From a virus (taxonomy: Duplodnaviria; Heunggongvirae; Uroviricota; Caudoviricetes), in IMG/VR virus record IMGVR_UViG_3300047548_001036, positions 1 through 64,000 of that record: a stretch of 64,000 bases of DNA; one strand, given 5' to 3'. Below, in pieces: positions 1 through 8,559 of this stretch (position 1 is its first letter; each line of letters opens with the position of its first letter). A program made the position numbers and the translations under genes. The notes below the pieces were generated by a model. That model did not search any database. It worked only from the letters and a program-made list of their open reading frames with translations, and had not been told where the DNA came from.

Positions 1-13
1 GTTGACAATTCTC

Positions 14-131
14 TAATTCAAGTGTATTTATGCAGACTGGAAAGAAACCTTAATAGGCAAAATCTATTAAGAATTGCTGGTTAATAGGCGGAACCTATTA
101 GATAAAACCTATTAACCAGCTGCTGCAATAG
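14..131. repeat. three short palindromes TAATAGG-n7-CCTATTA (two complete, one half-site) downstream of the minus-strand gene at the window start
   Basis: seen directly: ttaataggcaaaatctattaag, ttaataggcggaacctattag, aaaacctattaacc. Confidence 0.5.
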
Positions 132-137
132 CCAAAA

Positions 138-365
138 TCAATCGGGATCTTCACTGAATCCCCAGGTATGGTCAGGAAGATCTGTTATCATGTATTCTTT
201 GCACTCTTCCCAGGCGGCATAGTCGAAATGTTCCCAAACCATGCCCCGTTGACTGTACTTGATACAGTGAACTCTACCGGTGTCATTGACCTGATACACA
301 TATGTATAGTGTGTAGGATACCTAAAATGCGCTAACTCGATGACTTGATCACTCATTCTACTCAT
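138..365 (-). CDS. hypothetical protein (75 aa)
   Basis: ORF with GGGAGA RBS upstream on minus strand. Confidence 0.4.
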   Translation of the reverse strand: MSRMSDQVIELAHFRYPTHYTYVYQVNDTGRVHCIKYSQRGMVWEHFDYAAWEECKEYMITDLPDHTWGFSEDPD

Positions 366-536
366 AGGAATCTCCCTGGATATATAAAGTATATAGCATT
401 TTAGCAGGATTTCTGCTAAAAGTGCAAGTTTTCCTGTAGTTTATTTCAAGGTTTCATTGTGTCTGCAAGGTGCTGTATTTTTCTTGCCGGACAATAGAAA
501 AAATCTATTGAGCCTGGTGTTCAGCGGCATAGTCAA

Positions 537-650
537 AATACTCTGATGTACTCTGATGTACTCTGAGAGAGTCTGATGCGCTCTTAAAGGGTTTGGCGTA
601 ATTTTTCATACTCTGATGCACTCTTAGAGGGTTTGACGTAATTTTTTAAG
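537..650. repeat. direct repeats: TACTCTGATG x2-3 and two copies of a ~35-bp unit (TCTGATGCRCTCTTARAGGGTTTGRCGTAATTTTT)
   Basis: seen directly in non-coding leader. Confidence 0.6.
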
Positions 651-738
651 GGGTTTCCCACTGCCGCGTGTGGGGTTTCTAGAACGAGGGAAAAATTCTG
701 TGAACCCTATCTTCTGACAGTGCATATATGCTAGACGT

Positions 739-775
739 GTGCACGTATGCATGTGTGCATGTGTGCACGTTTATA
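739..775. repeat. alternating purine-pyrimidine tract (GTGCACGTATGCATGTGTGCATGTGTGCACG), Z-DNA prone
   Basis: seen directly. Confidence 0.5.
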
Positions 776-802
776 ATCAAGCGTCTGCGTTTACAGACAC
801 AT

Positions 803-1039
803 GCGCAGCGGACATGTTTGTTCGTTATGTGTTAATCACTGCGCATGCCCACACATGCGCAGCGGACACTTTTACTGTGCATGCGGGTATTCGTGTATAC
901 GTCTGTACTTGCGCAGCGGACATGATCGCTGTATGCATGTCCTTGTGTATGTGTACTCAGGTATGCGCAGCGGACAAATTTATTGAATTCTTTATTTTAT
1001 TCTTCTCATACGTGTATAATGCAACAAGCGCAGCGGACA
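803..1039. repeat. iteron-like array: 5 copies of GCGCAGCGGACA at 803, 857, 911, 965, 1028 (spacing 54, 54, 54, 63 bp)
   Basis: exact 12-mer repeated with helical-phase periodicity. The ORFs predicted here (739-1074, 801-986) are repeat artifacts. Confidence 0.7.
1011..1019 (+). promoter_or_regulatory. candidate extended -10 promoter (GTGTATAAT) overlapping the fifth iteron, upstream of 1071 ORF
   Basis: TG+TATAAT motif. Confidence 0.35.
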
Positions 1040-1070
1040 AATATAACATCGCTGCTTATATTATGGACCT

Positions 1071-1337
1071 ATGACTAAAACAAAAAAATCTACTATTCCA
1101 CCACCCCAACATCGAGATCTCCTGGGACATGTGATTGCGCTTGATGATTACGTGGTCTACCCCAGTCACAATACTCTGGTTGTGGGACGAGTTGCCAAGC
1201 TCAATGCAAAAATGATCGGTATCTCGGATGTTTCACGTCGAGCTTATCATGGTTACACCAACAAGTACCCTGATGATGTCACCGTGGTAGAGGGCGCCCG
1301 TGTCACCTGGTACTTGCTCAAACATGCTGGTGCTTGA
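1071..1337 (+). CDS. hypothetical protein (88 aa)
   Basis: ORF, first gene after leader. Confidence 0.45.
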   Translation: MTKTKKSTIPPPQHRDLLGHVIALDDYVVYPSHNTLVVGRVAKLNAKMIGISDVSRRAYHGYTNKYPDDVTVVEGARVTWYLLKHAGA

Positions 1338-1390
1338 CTTATATTCTGTCTCGTGCAACACTGTGCAATCTAATAAAACTACTACTTAAT

Positions 1391-1933
1391 ATGAATAACA
1401 AACATTACGTTTTCATGCGCGACATCATTGTGCGCTATCATCCCGACTTCACCTGCAGTCGTTACCTACGGGGTCTGGGCTTGCGCAAGCCCCTGCTGTT
1501 CAACATCGAACGCTTGGTGGAGGAGAGTCTAGCTGCCCAGGGTGGCTACAACTTTGTGGATGAGCCCGGGCGGGACTTTGATGATGCCGAAAATTCGGAC
1601 AGCAAAACCGTCAGCGTGGTCAGTAACAGCAACACTCGACCCAGCTACAGCTTTAGCATACACAACGTGGACACCAAGATCGGTAGCTTGCGGGTCAGCG
1701 TGTTCAATCCCTGGAAAGATGGTGTGGACTATATGTATATTCCACGACAGGCAGTCACCCAGCTGCAGGAGAATGATGGCACACGTGGCACTGCCAACAT
1801 GACCAAGCGACGCATACGCACCACCTGGAGCCAGCCCCTGGATCACTACAATCGACTGGACAGCTATCGTGTACCCAGCTTTCCACAGCTGGCACAGTGT
1901 CAGGCAGTGCCCACAGTTCGTTGGACCATTTGA
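1391..1933 (+). CDS. hypothetical protein (start uncertain; ORF opens at 1334)
   Basis: ORF 1334-1933; internal ATG at 1391. Confidence 0.4.
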   Translation: MNNKHYVFMRDIIVRYHPDFTCSRYLRGLGLRKPLLFNIERLVEESLAAQGGYNFVDEPGRDFDDAENSDSKTVSVVSNSNTRPSYSFSIHNVDTKIGSLRVSVFNPWKDGVDYMYIPRQAVTQLQENDGTRGTANMTKRRIRTTWSQPLDHYNRLDSYRVPSFPQLAQCQAVPTVRWTI

Positions 1934-1991
1934 CACGCTCAGTTTGCGCACATACAATAGACACACGTTAACAACACACAGGAATAGACGC

Positions 1992-4160
1992 ATGATTCTC
2001 AACAACGCACCCGTCGACCGGGCCCTGGTCAGTAATGTGGGCGCCGTGGGCGAATTCCGTATTCGCAACAGTGCCAAGGCCTTTAGCATTCTCAGCTCGG
2101 GTTTGTATGCCAACAAGATTCGCGCTATCATTCGAGAGCTCAGTACCAATGCCCTGGACAGTCATCGGGCTGCGGGTCGTGTGCATGTGCCCTATGATCT
2201 GCACTTGCCCACCAGCCTGGAACCCTGGTTTGCCATTCGTGACTATGGTACGGGCCTGGATGCTGCACAAGTACAGGACATCTATACCACTTACTTCGAA
2301 AGTACGAAAACGGAGAGCAATGACTACGTGGGCTGCTTGGGTCTGGGCAGCAAGAGTCCTTTTGCCTACACCGATAACTTTACTGTTACTGCCATCAAGG
2401 GCGGCGTGCGCACCATCTACACTGCCTTCATCAACGAGCAGGGTGTGCCCAGCATTGCGCAGATGATGACCGAAGCCAGTGATGAGCAGTCGGGTGTGGA
2501 GGTCAAGTTTGCCGTGGACAACGCTGCTGACTTCAATCGTTTCCGTCAGGAAGCACAGCATGTCTACCGACATTTTGCCCATCGCCCTGTGGTCAATGTT
2601 GATAACTTTGAGTTCATCAACGTCAAATACGAACAGCGTGACATTGTACCCGGTGTGCATCAGGTCACGCAGCATGGTGCCAGCCTGGCGGTCATGGGCA
2701 ACATTGCCTACCCCATTGATGTGCCCAACCCCGATCAGACTCTGGGTCATCTGGCTAACCTGCTGCGCTGTGGTCTGGAACTGCACTTTGACATTGGTCA
2801 ACTGGACTTCCAGGCCAGTCGTGAAGGTCTCAGCTATATTCCCAGCACCGTGGAAGCTATCCGCCAGCGACTGCAAGAGCTCAATCAGGCACTGTACCAG
2901 GTGCTCGAGCGCGAGGCAGCTGAATACACCAATGCTTGGGAACTGGCGCTCTGGCTGGACCGGCGCCTGGATACCCCGCTTTGGTCGGCTGCTGCCATCA
3001 AGTACGTGACCGACACCCAGTTTCCCCTGATCGACACCAGTCGTGGCAGCTATGACCGCATGAAGAAGTTTGAGTTCACTGAAGACGACTTGGCCTCCAA
3101 GTACAACATCAGCATCCAGGGCTTTACTAGGTATCGCGGTGATGTTGCTGCCAAGCACATGAAGCCGGATAACCGCAGTGTCAATCGCGTGGGTGGGGGC
3201 ATTGTGCGTGAGAACTACTGGCGCATTCGCATTGGCAACGACGTCTACTTTGCTGAAAATGACACCAAGATCGGGGCCATGGAGCGTGGTAAGTATCACT
3301 GGCGCGAGAACCAGAAGACTATGCCCACCACCAGCAACGTGGTCTACATTCTCAGTGCCGTGGACAAGACCCAGCCCATGAAGTTTGCCGAGTTTATGGC
3401 CGCACTGCATAACCCTCCGCGTCAGTGCAAGGTCAGCAGCTGGCTGCAGAAGCCGCGTGCCAACACCGGCGCTGCATTGGCTCGTGATGTCACCGTGCTC
3501 AAGCTCGAGGATGAAGACCGCGGCTATTGGAGTCGTCAACGTGGCAAGGTCTGGCGTGATGCTGGTCGGGCTGATGGGTTCCTTACTGATAAGACTTACT
3601 TCTATCTGCCGCTCAGTAGCTATGCTCTGGTCACCACACATGGCGAAGTTGACGCCAAGCACCTTTGCATTCAGGTTACTAGCTCGGGACTGTTTAACAT
3701 CAGTGATTTCTATGGGGTGCGCAAGGCCGATCTGGATTGGGTCAAGGCCCAGCCCAACTGGGTTAACCTGGAAGATCATCTGGCTGCGCAGTTTAAGAAA
3801 GGGTTCTCGACGAAAACGATTTCGGGTCTGGCTCTCAAAATCTATGAGAACAAGCATACCCGCATGAGCATCAGCGACCCCCTGCTGGACAAGATTGTGG
3901 ATGCCAAGAGCCCGTTTGTTCAGGCTGTGAGTACGTTTAAGGGTATCAGTTCCATTGAATACAATAGTCTGAGTATCGAGTGGTTGGCCCGTCGTTATGC
4001 GGGCAAGGATCCTCTCAAGCAGGCCCTGGCGCTGGCGGATCAGGTGGCTGACAGCTTTGCTAGGTATCCCATGATGCGCTTGGTTAATTCTGGGTACGGG
4101 CTCAACAACATTGAAGTCGTTGCGGAATATATTAATCTGGTGGATCGCACTACGGTATAA
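1992..4160 (+). CDS. rIIA: rIIA-like protein with N-terminal GHKL (Bergerat-fold) ATPase domain
   Basis: N-box IRELSTNALDS, G1 box IRDYGTGLD, G2-like GLGSKSPF. Size ~720 aa. AGGAA RBS before ATG 1992; the first 123 nt of the ORF overlap the previous gene. Confidence 0.6.
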   Translation: MILNNAPVDRALVSNVGAVGEFRIRNSAKAFSILSSGLYANKIRAIIRELSTNALDSHRAAGRVHVPYDLHLPTSLEPWFAIRDYGTGLDAAQVQDIYTTYFESTKTESNDYVGCLGLGSKSPFAYTDNFTVTAIKGGVRTIYTAFINEQGVPSIAQMMTEASDEQSGVEVKFAVDNAADFNRFRQEAQHVYRHFAHRPVVNVDNFEFINVKYEQRDIVPGVHQVTQHGASLAVMGNIAYPIDVPNPDQTLGHLANLLRCGLELHFDIGQLDFQASREGLSYIPSTVEAIRQRLQELNQALYQVLEREAAEYTNAWELALWLDRRLDTPLWSAAAIKYVTDTQFPLIDTSRGSYDRMKKFEFTEDDLASKYNISIQGFTRYRGDVAAKHMKPDNRSVNRVGGGIVRENYWRIRIGNDVYFAENDTKIGAMERGKYHWRENQKTMPTTSNVVYILSAVDKTQPMKFAEFMAALHNPPRQCKVSSWLQKPRANTGAALARDVTVLKLEDEDRGYWSRQRGKVWRDAGRADGFLTDKTYFYLPLSSYALVTTHGEVDAKHLCIQVTSSGLFNISDFYGVRKADLDWVKAQPNWVNLEDHLAAQFKKGFSTKTISGLALKIYENKHTRMSISDPLLDKIVDAKSPFVQAVSTFKGISSIEYNSLSIEWLARRYAGKDPLKQALALADQVADSFARYPMMRLVNSGYGLNNIEVVAEYINLVDRTTV

Positions 4161-4182
4161 GCTAACAGGAGCTCATGCTCCT

Positions 4183-4199
4183 GTGCTATAATATACACA
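4183..4199 (+). promoter_or_regulatory. conserved phage promoter cassette (TGTGCTATAATATACAC)
   Basis: member of the >=15-copy GTGYTATAATACAC family, followed by ACATAGAGCAAACAACAAGGAG leader. Confidence 0.6.
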
Positions 4200-4224
4200 T
4201 AGAGCAAACAACAAGGAGTTAAAT

Positions 4225-4599
4225 ATGCAACACGATGCAGCAGTGCATACCCCGGGACCCTGGATTGTAGATCGCTATGAAGTTGACAAGATCTACATTA
4301 TTGCCGATCAAGGAAAGAGGTGGGATAACCCAGTTGTTTGCTCTCTTTTCCAGGATGTGACCCCTGCGGACTCGGTGACCCTGGGCCCCTGGTTGGAGGC
4401 CTATGAAAACGATCAAGCCAACGCCCGATTAATTGCTTCAGCACCTGACTTGCTAGCAGCATTGAAAGAAGCAGTTCGAATTATAGACATTGCATTTGAC
4501 TACAACATCAATGCATTCAGAATTGATCACAATGATGCAGTCGATGCACTGCTCGATGCCCGCTCTGTTATCGCCAAAGCAACAGGAGAAACTAAATGA
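4225..4599 (+). CDS. hypothetical protein (124 aa)
   Basis: ORF downstream of promoter cassette, AAGGAG RBS. Confidence 0.55.
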   Translation: MQHDAAVHTPGPWIVDRYEVDKIYIIADQGKRWDNPVVCSLFQDVTPADSVTLGPWLEAYENDQANARLIASAPDLLAALKEAVRIIDIAFDYNINAFRIDHNDAVDALLDARSVIAKATGETK

Positions 4600-5189
4600 G
4601 CAAGATCACACTAGACCGCGACGTGGTGGAGCAGGCACTGGAGGCTGCTGATGCGTTTTATTCACATTACAAACGAAACGTTTTTTCTGGCTGTGTTCCA
4701 AGTGAAGTGCTGTATTTTTCTGCAGCCAGAGCATCACTCCGCGCAGCACTGGAGAAACCTGTAGAGCAGGACGAATCCGCCTACCAGCGAGGCGTGACCG
4801 CAGGACGGCACGAGCTGGCCGCCGAGTACCCGCTGCCAGCCGATCTGTATGACAGCAAGGATTGGCGCTGCGGGACATACGCCGAGCGCGTCGAATGGTT
4901 GCACACGATGTATGAAGATGCAAAGAATCAGATCGCAGCACTGGAACAGCCTGTTGAGCAGGAGAGGTGCCACCTGTGTGACTGCACTGGAGACATCCAC
5001 GGCCTTGACGGCGAGTGGCGCGGGGAGTGCCCGTATTGCAGGCCGCAGCCACCTCGCCAGCCGCTGACGGATGAGCAGATCAGCGTTATCGTTGCAAACC
5101 ACCGTCTCAACGTAGGCGACTGGTCCAGGAATGGTGTAAGTGTTGCCCGCGCAGTGGAGCGTGCCCACGGGATCGGGGGTGAGGTATGA
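4596..5189 (+). CDS. hypothetical protein with C-terminal Cys cluster (CHLCDC...CPYC)
   Basis: ORF, ATGA overlap with upstream gene. Confidence 0.5.
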   Translation: MSKITLDRDVVEQALEAADAFYSHYKRNVFSGCVPSEVLYFSAARASLRAALEKPVEQDESAYQRGVTAGRHELAAEYPLPADLYDSKDWRCGTYAERVEWLHTMYEDAKNQIAALEQPVEQERCHLCDCTGDIHGLDGEWRGECPYCRPQPPRQPLTDEQISVIVANHRLNVGDWSRNGVSVARAVERAHGIGGEV

Positions 5190-5404
5190 CCCGAGACGAA
5201 ATTGACATCCTCTGGCAGCGCGCCATGCAACAGGCCGTGGAGGATGGCGAGATGTTCACCCGCTACCACTTCGCCGCCATGGTCGCCGATGCCGAGCGCG
5301 AGGCGTGCGCTCAGGTGTGTGATCGTCGCTACATGGGGGACAACACCCGTGAGGACATGGAGGCCAGGCGGTGCGCTGAAGCTATCAGAGCTAAAAAAGA
5401 TTAA
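5186..5404 (+). CDS. hypothetical protein (72 aa)
   Basis: ORF, ATGA overlap. Confidence 0.45.
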   Translation: MTRDEIDILWQRAMQQAVEDGEMFTRYHFAAMVADAEREACAQVCDRRYMGDNTREDMEARRCAEAIRAKKD

Positions 5405-5428
5405 TGAATTTTCTTACGACTGGGCTTA

Positions 5429-5451
5429 TTGTGCGTATAATTGTACGCATG
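5429..5451 (+). promoter_or_regulatory. candidate promoter with palindrome TGCGTA-n6-TACGCA around TATAAT
   Basis: seen directly. Confidence 0.35.
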
Positions 5452-5488
5452 TTTGCTATGATAGCAGCATTTATTCACTGGAGTACAG

Positions 5489-5666
5489 CGTGATCAAATA
5501 TACACCCGAGTACGAAGATCATCTGTGGTATCCTATTATTGTAACAAACTTCCTTGACGGCACTAGGCAAATTGTTGAAATGCAGGGGCGAGAAGTCAAT
5601 GCCTACAATCGTATTGTAAACCACTACTACACACCACCAAGTTACCCAAGAGGATGGAGAATATGA
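5489..5666 (+). CDS. hypothetical small protein (GTG start)
   Basis: GGAG RBS + GTG. Alternative ORF 5202-5666 overlaps 5186-5404. Confidence 0.3.
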
Positions 5667-5899
5667 AGAATAGTATATACAATGATATTGCACTAGATTG
5701 TAGTGTAAAATACCTTGCTAGCCCCGAGTGGATTTTTACAGACGCAGAACTTGAGCAGTTTGCCGATGCAATCGTTGCACGGTGTCAAAGCGTAATACGG
5801 GCAAGATTGTTCACTCAAGCTCAGACTGAACTACAGGTTGCGCATAACAATGCGCTATACTGTGCAATACATGACATTAACGATCATTTTGGAGATTAA
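5654..5899 (+). CDS. small protein, divergent member of FAELIV..HFG paralog family
   Basis: FADAIVARC ... HFGD motifs. Confidence 0.5.
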   Translation: MENMKNSIYNDIALDCSVKYLASPEWIFTDAELEQFADAIVARCQSVIRARLFTQAQTELQVAHNNALYCAIHDINDHFGD

Positions 5900-5902
5900 G
5901 TA

Positions 5903-6118
5903 ATGAAAAAAAGGTTTGCGGAACTGGCCGAGAATTGTGGTATTTACATCGATCCCCATAACATGGGGGCAACATGGCGTGAAATTGAATTCTTGTGCGA
6001 ACAAGTCGTTCGCGAATGTGCAGAGTTTGTAGACAATAATACCAGTTACGACAATTGCGGTAATGTAGAAGCAGTTACCGGCAGTGAACTCCTTGAACAC
6101 TTTGAAATTAACCCGTGA
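5903..6118 (+). CDS. FAELIV..HFG family small protein
   Basis: MKKRFAELAENCG...VVRECAEF...HFEINP. Confidence 0.55.
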   Translation: MKKRFAELAENCGIYIDPHNMGATWREIEFLCEQVVRECAEFVDNNTSYDNCGNVEAVTGSELLEHFEINP

Positions 6119-6336
6119 ACAAACAAATTCAAGACCTAGTGGATCAAGCTGGAATATGGTGCCCAACACAGGAACACAATACCTGGGTGAAAGGTGAATT
6201 CATTGCCTCGCCGGGAGAACTGTCAACATTTGCTAAATTGATAGTTACTAGCGTATTCGATAAAATTGATGAGCTAGGGTTCGAAGTTTACGAACCGGTA
6301 GTAAAAGCAGTTAAAACACACTTTGGGGTTGAATAA
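6115..6336 (+). CDS. FAELIV..HFG family small protein
   Basis: MNKQIQDLVDQAG...FAKLIV...HFGVE. Confidence 0.55.
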   Translation: MNKQIQDLVDQAGIWCPTQEHNTWVKGEFIASPGELSTFAKLIVTSVFDKIDELGFEVYEPVVKAVKTHFGVE

Positions 6337-6668
6337 TGAGAGAATCGGAAGATTGGATTGATATCGACGGCAAAGACTCAAATGGGTATCCTGCTAGTTA
6401 CGATGGCTCTGATATTCGGTCAGAGTCAAGTGACTATTCCGAATATAACCATATCCCCAAATCAAAGGAGCAAATTCAGGAAGAGCGTATACGTGAGTTC
6501 GAAAACGATATTTCACAAAAACGCAAATCTCTGGAAAGGTGCAAACAGTATTCAGGCGAGGCATTTAAAGAGTATCAGAGATATGAAGATGCCATTTCTC
6601 GATTGAATAAGGAAATTAACGATATTACTTCTTGGATAGGAGAGTTGAGGAATGAACAACCGAATTAA
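6336..6668 (+). CDS. hypothetical acidic/coiled-coil protein (110 aa)
   Basis: ORF. Confidence 0.45.
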   Translation: MRESEDWIDIDGKDSNGYPASYDGSDIRSESSDYSEYNHIPKSKEQIQEERIREFENDISQKRKSLERCKQYSGEAFKEYQRYEDAISRLNKEINDITSWIGELRNEQPN

Positions 6669-6885
6669 AGATCTTGCTGAACAGGCTAGGCGAGAATTTC
6701 TAAAACTGCCAACAGGGTATACATCTGACCAAGTCGGCATGTTTCCACAATTAATGGCAAAGTTTGCCGAACTGATAGTTCGGGAGTGTGCCGAAGTTGC
6801 CTACGAATATGACGCTCCGAAAATGAGCGGACCTGGTATGATTATTGCCGGTAGGATTGAAACACATTTCGGATTTGATGAATGA
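6652..6885 (+). CDS. FAELIV..HFG family small protein
   Basis: MNNRIKDLAEQA...KFAELIVRECAEV...HFGFDE. Confidence 0.6.
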   Translation: MNNRIKDLAEQARREFLKLPTGYTSDQVGMFPQLMAKFAELIVRECAEVAYEYDAPKMSGPGMIIAGRIETHFGFDE

Positions 6886-7118
6886 AACAAGAAATTCTAA
6901 AAGAGATTGCTAGACAAGCCGGGTTCTACTTTTACAACATGCACGATGTTGATGGACAAGACCTAGGTGAAACTGTTGAAGCAGATAGTTGGTCGGCTGT
7001 GGAGAAGTTTGCAGAACTGATTGTCAAAGAGTGTTTTAAGTCAGCAATGGTTGAATCAAAGGGGCATCTGAACCCGGTCGATTTAATTGAATCGATGAAA
7101 GCACGAGTAGGACTATAA
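6882..7118 (+). CDS. FAELIV..HFG family small protein
   Basis: EIARQAGFYF...KFAELIVKEC. Confidence 0.55.
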   Translation: MKQEILKEIARQAGFYFYNMHDVDGQDLGETVEADSWSAVEKFAELIVKECFKSAMVESKGHLNPVDLIESMKARVGL

Positions 7119-7648
7119 TGATTAAAGAAACTATTGAATATCACCTGATCTCCAAGCACTACGGGGATCGTGTGGCCAAAAGAAGTCAGGTCCCGTTGAT
7201 TAACCACATCAATGAGGGCCTTATTGTTCTAGACAGCCTTACTTCAGACATTGCTGCCAAACAGGCGTTCTGCATTCACCCTCTTGTACAAAACGATATG
7301 GATTTGCGAGAAAACTGGCCAACAGTTGCTAACATGTGTACACCCAAGGTAGTTATGTATGCAATGGAATACAGGAATATTGCTAACGCATTCTTAAGTG
7401 ATAAGATTCCTGATTTCCAAAATAGTCCCATCAAGTTAAGTCCCATCGCCGCAGTTAACGACATGTTGATTGCCGATAAGGTTCAAAACTGTAAAGATTT
7501 TTGGACATATCATCATGGCACACATCCTAGGAGCAACGAATTGGAAATTTATTTTGATAAATGGCTAGATGCCCTCGATGTTTCCGAAGAACAGTATGAA
7601 GAATTTTGTATGGTAATCGATACGCTCAGAGCGAATAACGTGTTATAA
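7118..7648 (+). CDS. hypothetical protein (176 aa)
   Basis: ORF. Confidence 0.5.
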   Translation: MIKETIEYHLISKHYGDRVAKRSQVPLINHINEGLIVLDSLTSDIAAKQAFCIHPLVQNDMDLRENWPTVANMCTPKVVMYAMEYRNIANAFLSDKIPDFQNSPIKLSPIAAVNDMLIADKVQNCKDFWTYHHGTHPRSNELEIYFDKWLDALDVSEEQYEEFCMVIDTLRANNVL

Positions 7649-7655
7649 TAACATT

Positions 7656-7880
7656 ATGAATACAGTACTTAAAAGACTACACGACGAAGCAGTGATTTAC
7701 ACTGTCGGGCTTTGCGGGCAAGAACATGCAAACGGACCACGCCCTTTCCAAGAAGTACTCGACGAAAAGTTCGCTGAGTTGATTGTCCGAGAGTGTTGCG
7801 ATGTGTTCGTTGAACTTAGGGCTCGTCCTGCTGATCTAGCTGTGAAAGATGTAAAGAACCATTTCGGAGTTGAAGAATGA
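7656..7880 (+). CDS. FAELIV..HFG family small protein
   Basis: KFAELIVRECCDV...HFGVEE. Confidence 0.6.
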   Translation: MNTVLKRLHDEAVIYTVGLCGQEHANGPRPFQEVLDEKFAELIVRECCDVFVELRARPADLAVKDVKNHFGVEE

Positions 7881-8086
7881 TCACACTTGAATTAGATAAA
7901 GAACAAAGCCGTAAAGTTACAGTTGAGCATATTGCTGATACATTGATTATCCAGAAGCAATACCTTGACGATACACAGATTGCCAAGTACAAGTTCATGC
8001 TGAATGAGTTTGCTATTCTGGTTGAGCTAGACAATATTGCAGATCGGTTTGATCGAGCATGGCCAACCGATGTTAAATGGAGCTAA
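7877..8086 (+). CDS. hypothetical protein (69 aa)
   Basis: ORF, ATGA overlap. Confidence 0.45.
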   Translation: MITLELDKEQSRKVTVEHIADTLIIQKQYLDDTQIAKYKFMLNEFAILVELDNIADRFDRAWPTDVKWS

Positions 8087-8089
8087 CTC

Positions 8090-8305
8090 ATGAGATTTGT
8101 TAAGCGATATAAGTGGGATCCTAACGAAACTAGCGAACATACCCTAGTTAGTGAGATTGTAAACGATGAGTTACCTTGCGGCGTACAGGAGCAGCTACAA
8201 CAACAAGTAAAAATCTTGACTGATATTGTAGGCTTAGTTGTTTCCCGTATGTCAGAGCAACAACTAGTCGAGCTTGCTGATTACTTTGGATGGGATAAAA
8301 AATGA
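8090..8305 (+). CDS. hypothetical protein (71 aa)
   Basis: ORF. Confidence 0.45.
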   Translation: MRFVKRYKWDPNETSEHTLVSEIVNDELPCGVQEQLQQQVKILTDIVGLVVSRMSEQQLVELADYFGWDKK

Positions 8306-8559
8306 ACGAACGAGTACAAGCCCTGTTGCCGAAACCGTGGACATTTCCTTACCCAGACAGGGAAATGTATACCAAGGAACAAATGGTGCATTTTGCCGAA
8401 CAAATTGCAAAGGAAGCAATTGACGAGATCTATACCGTTGGATATAAACCATCAAACGATATAAATGCAGACATTACGGAACTATTCATACTTCGATTGA
8501 AATATCGATTTGGCATTAAACCGACAAAGGACTATCATGACCCTAATGAAACAAATTAA
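8302..8559 (+). CDS. small protein related to FAELIV family (HFAEQIAKEA)
   Basis: MNERVQALL...HFAEQIAKEA. Confidence 0.5.
   Translation: MNERVQALLPKPWTFPYPDREMYTKEQMVHFAEQIAKEAIDEIYTVGYKPSNDINADITELFILRLKYRFGIKPTKDYHDPNETN

Noticed and set aside
803-1039. Possibility that the 5 evenly spaced repeats are a CRISPR array
   Set aside because: Repeats are only 12 bp with 42-bp spacers (54-bp period). There is no cas gene or leader, and the context is phage. They fit iterons or operators better.
739-1074. ORFs 739-1074 (111 aa) and 801-986 (61 aa) with Cys/His-rich translations
   Set aside because: They lie entirely within the iteron/alternating-repeat region. Their composition is dictated by the repeats (GCGCAGCGGACA gives MRSGH/CAAD motifs), and they have no RBS.
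1968-3857. 629-aa minus-strand ORF
   Set aside because: It is antisense to the well-supported rIIA-like gene and is a typical shadow ORF of a coding region.
5202-5666. 154-aa + ORF
   Set aside because: Its first two-thirds overlap 5186-5404 out of frame and carry low-complexity Ala/Pro/Arg. Only the 3' part (5489-5666, GTG start with GGAG RBS) is plausible.
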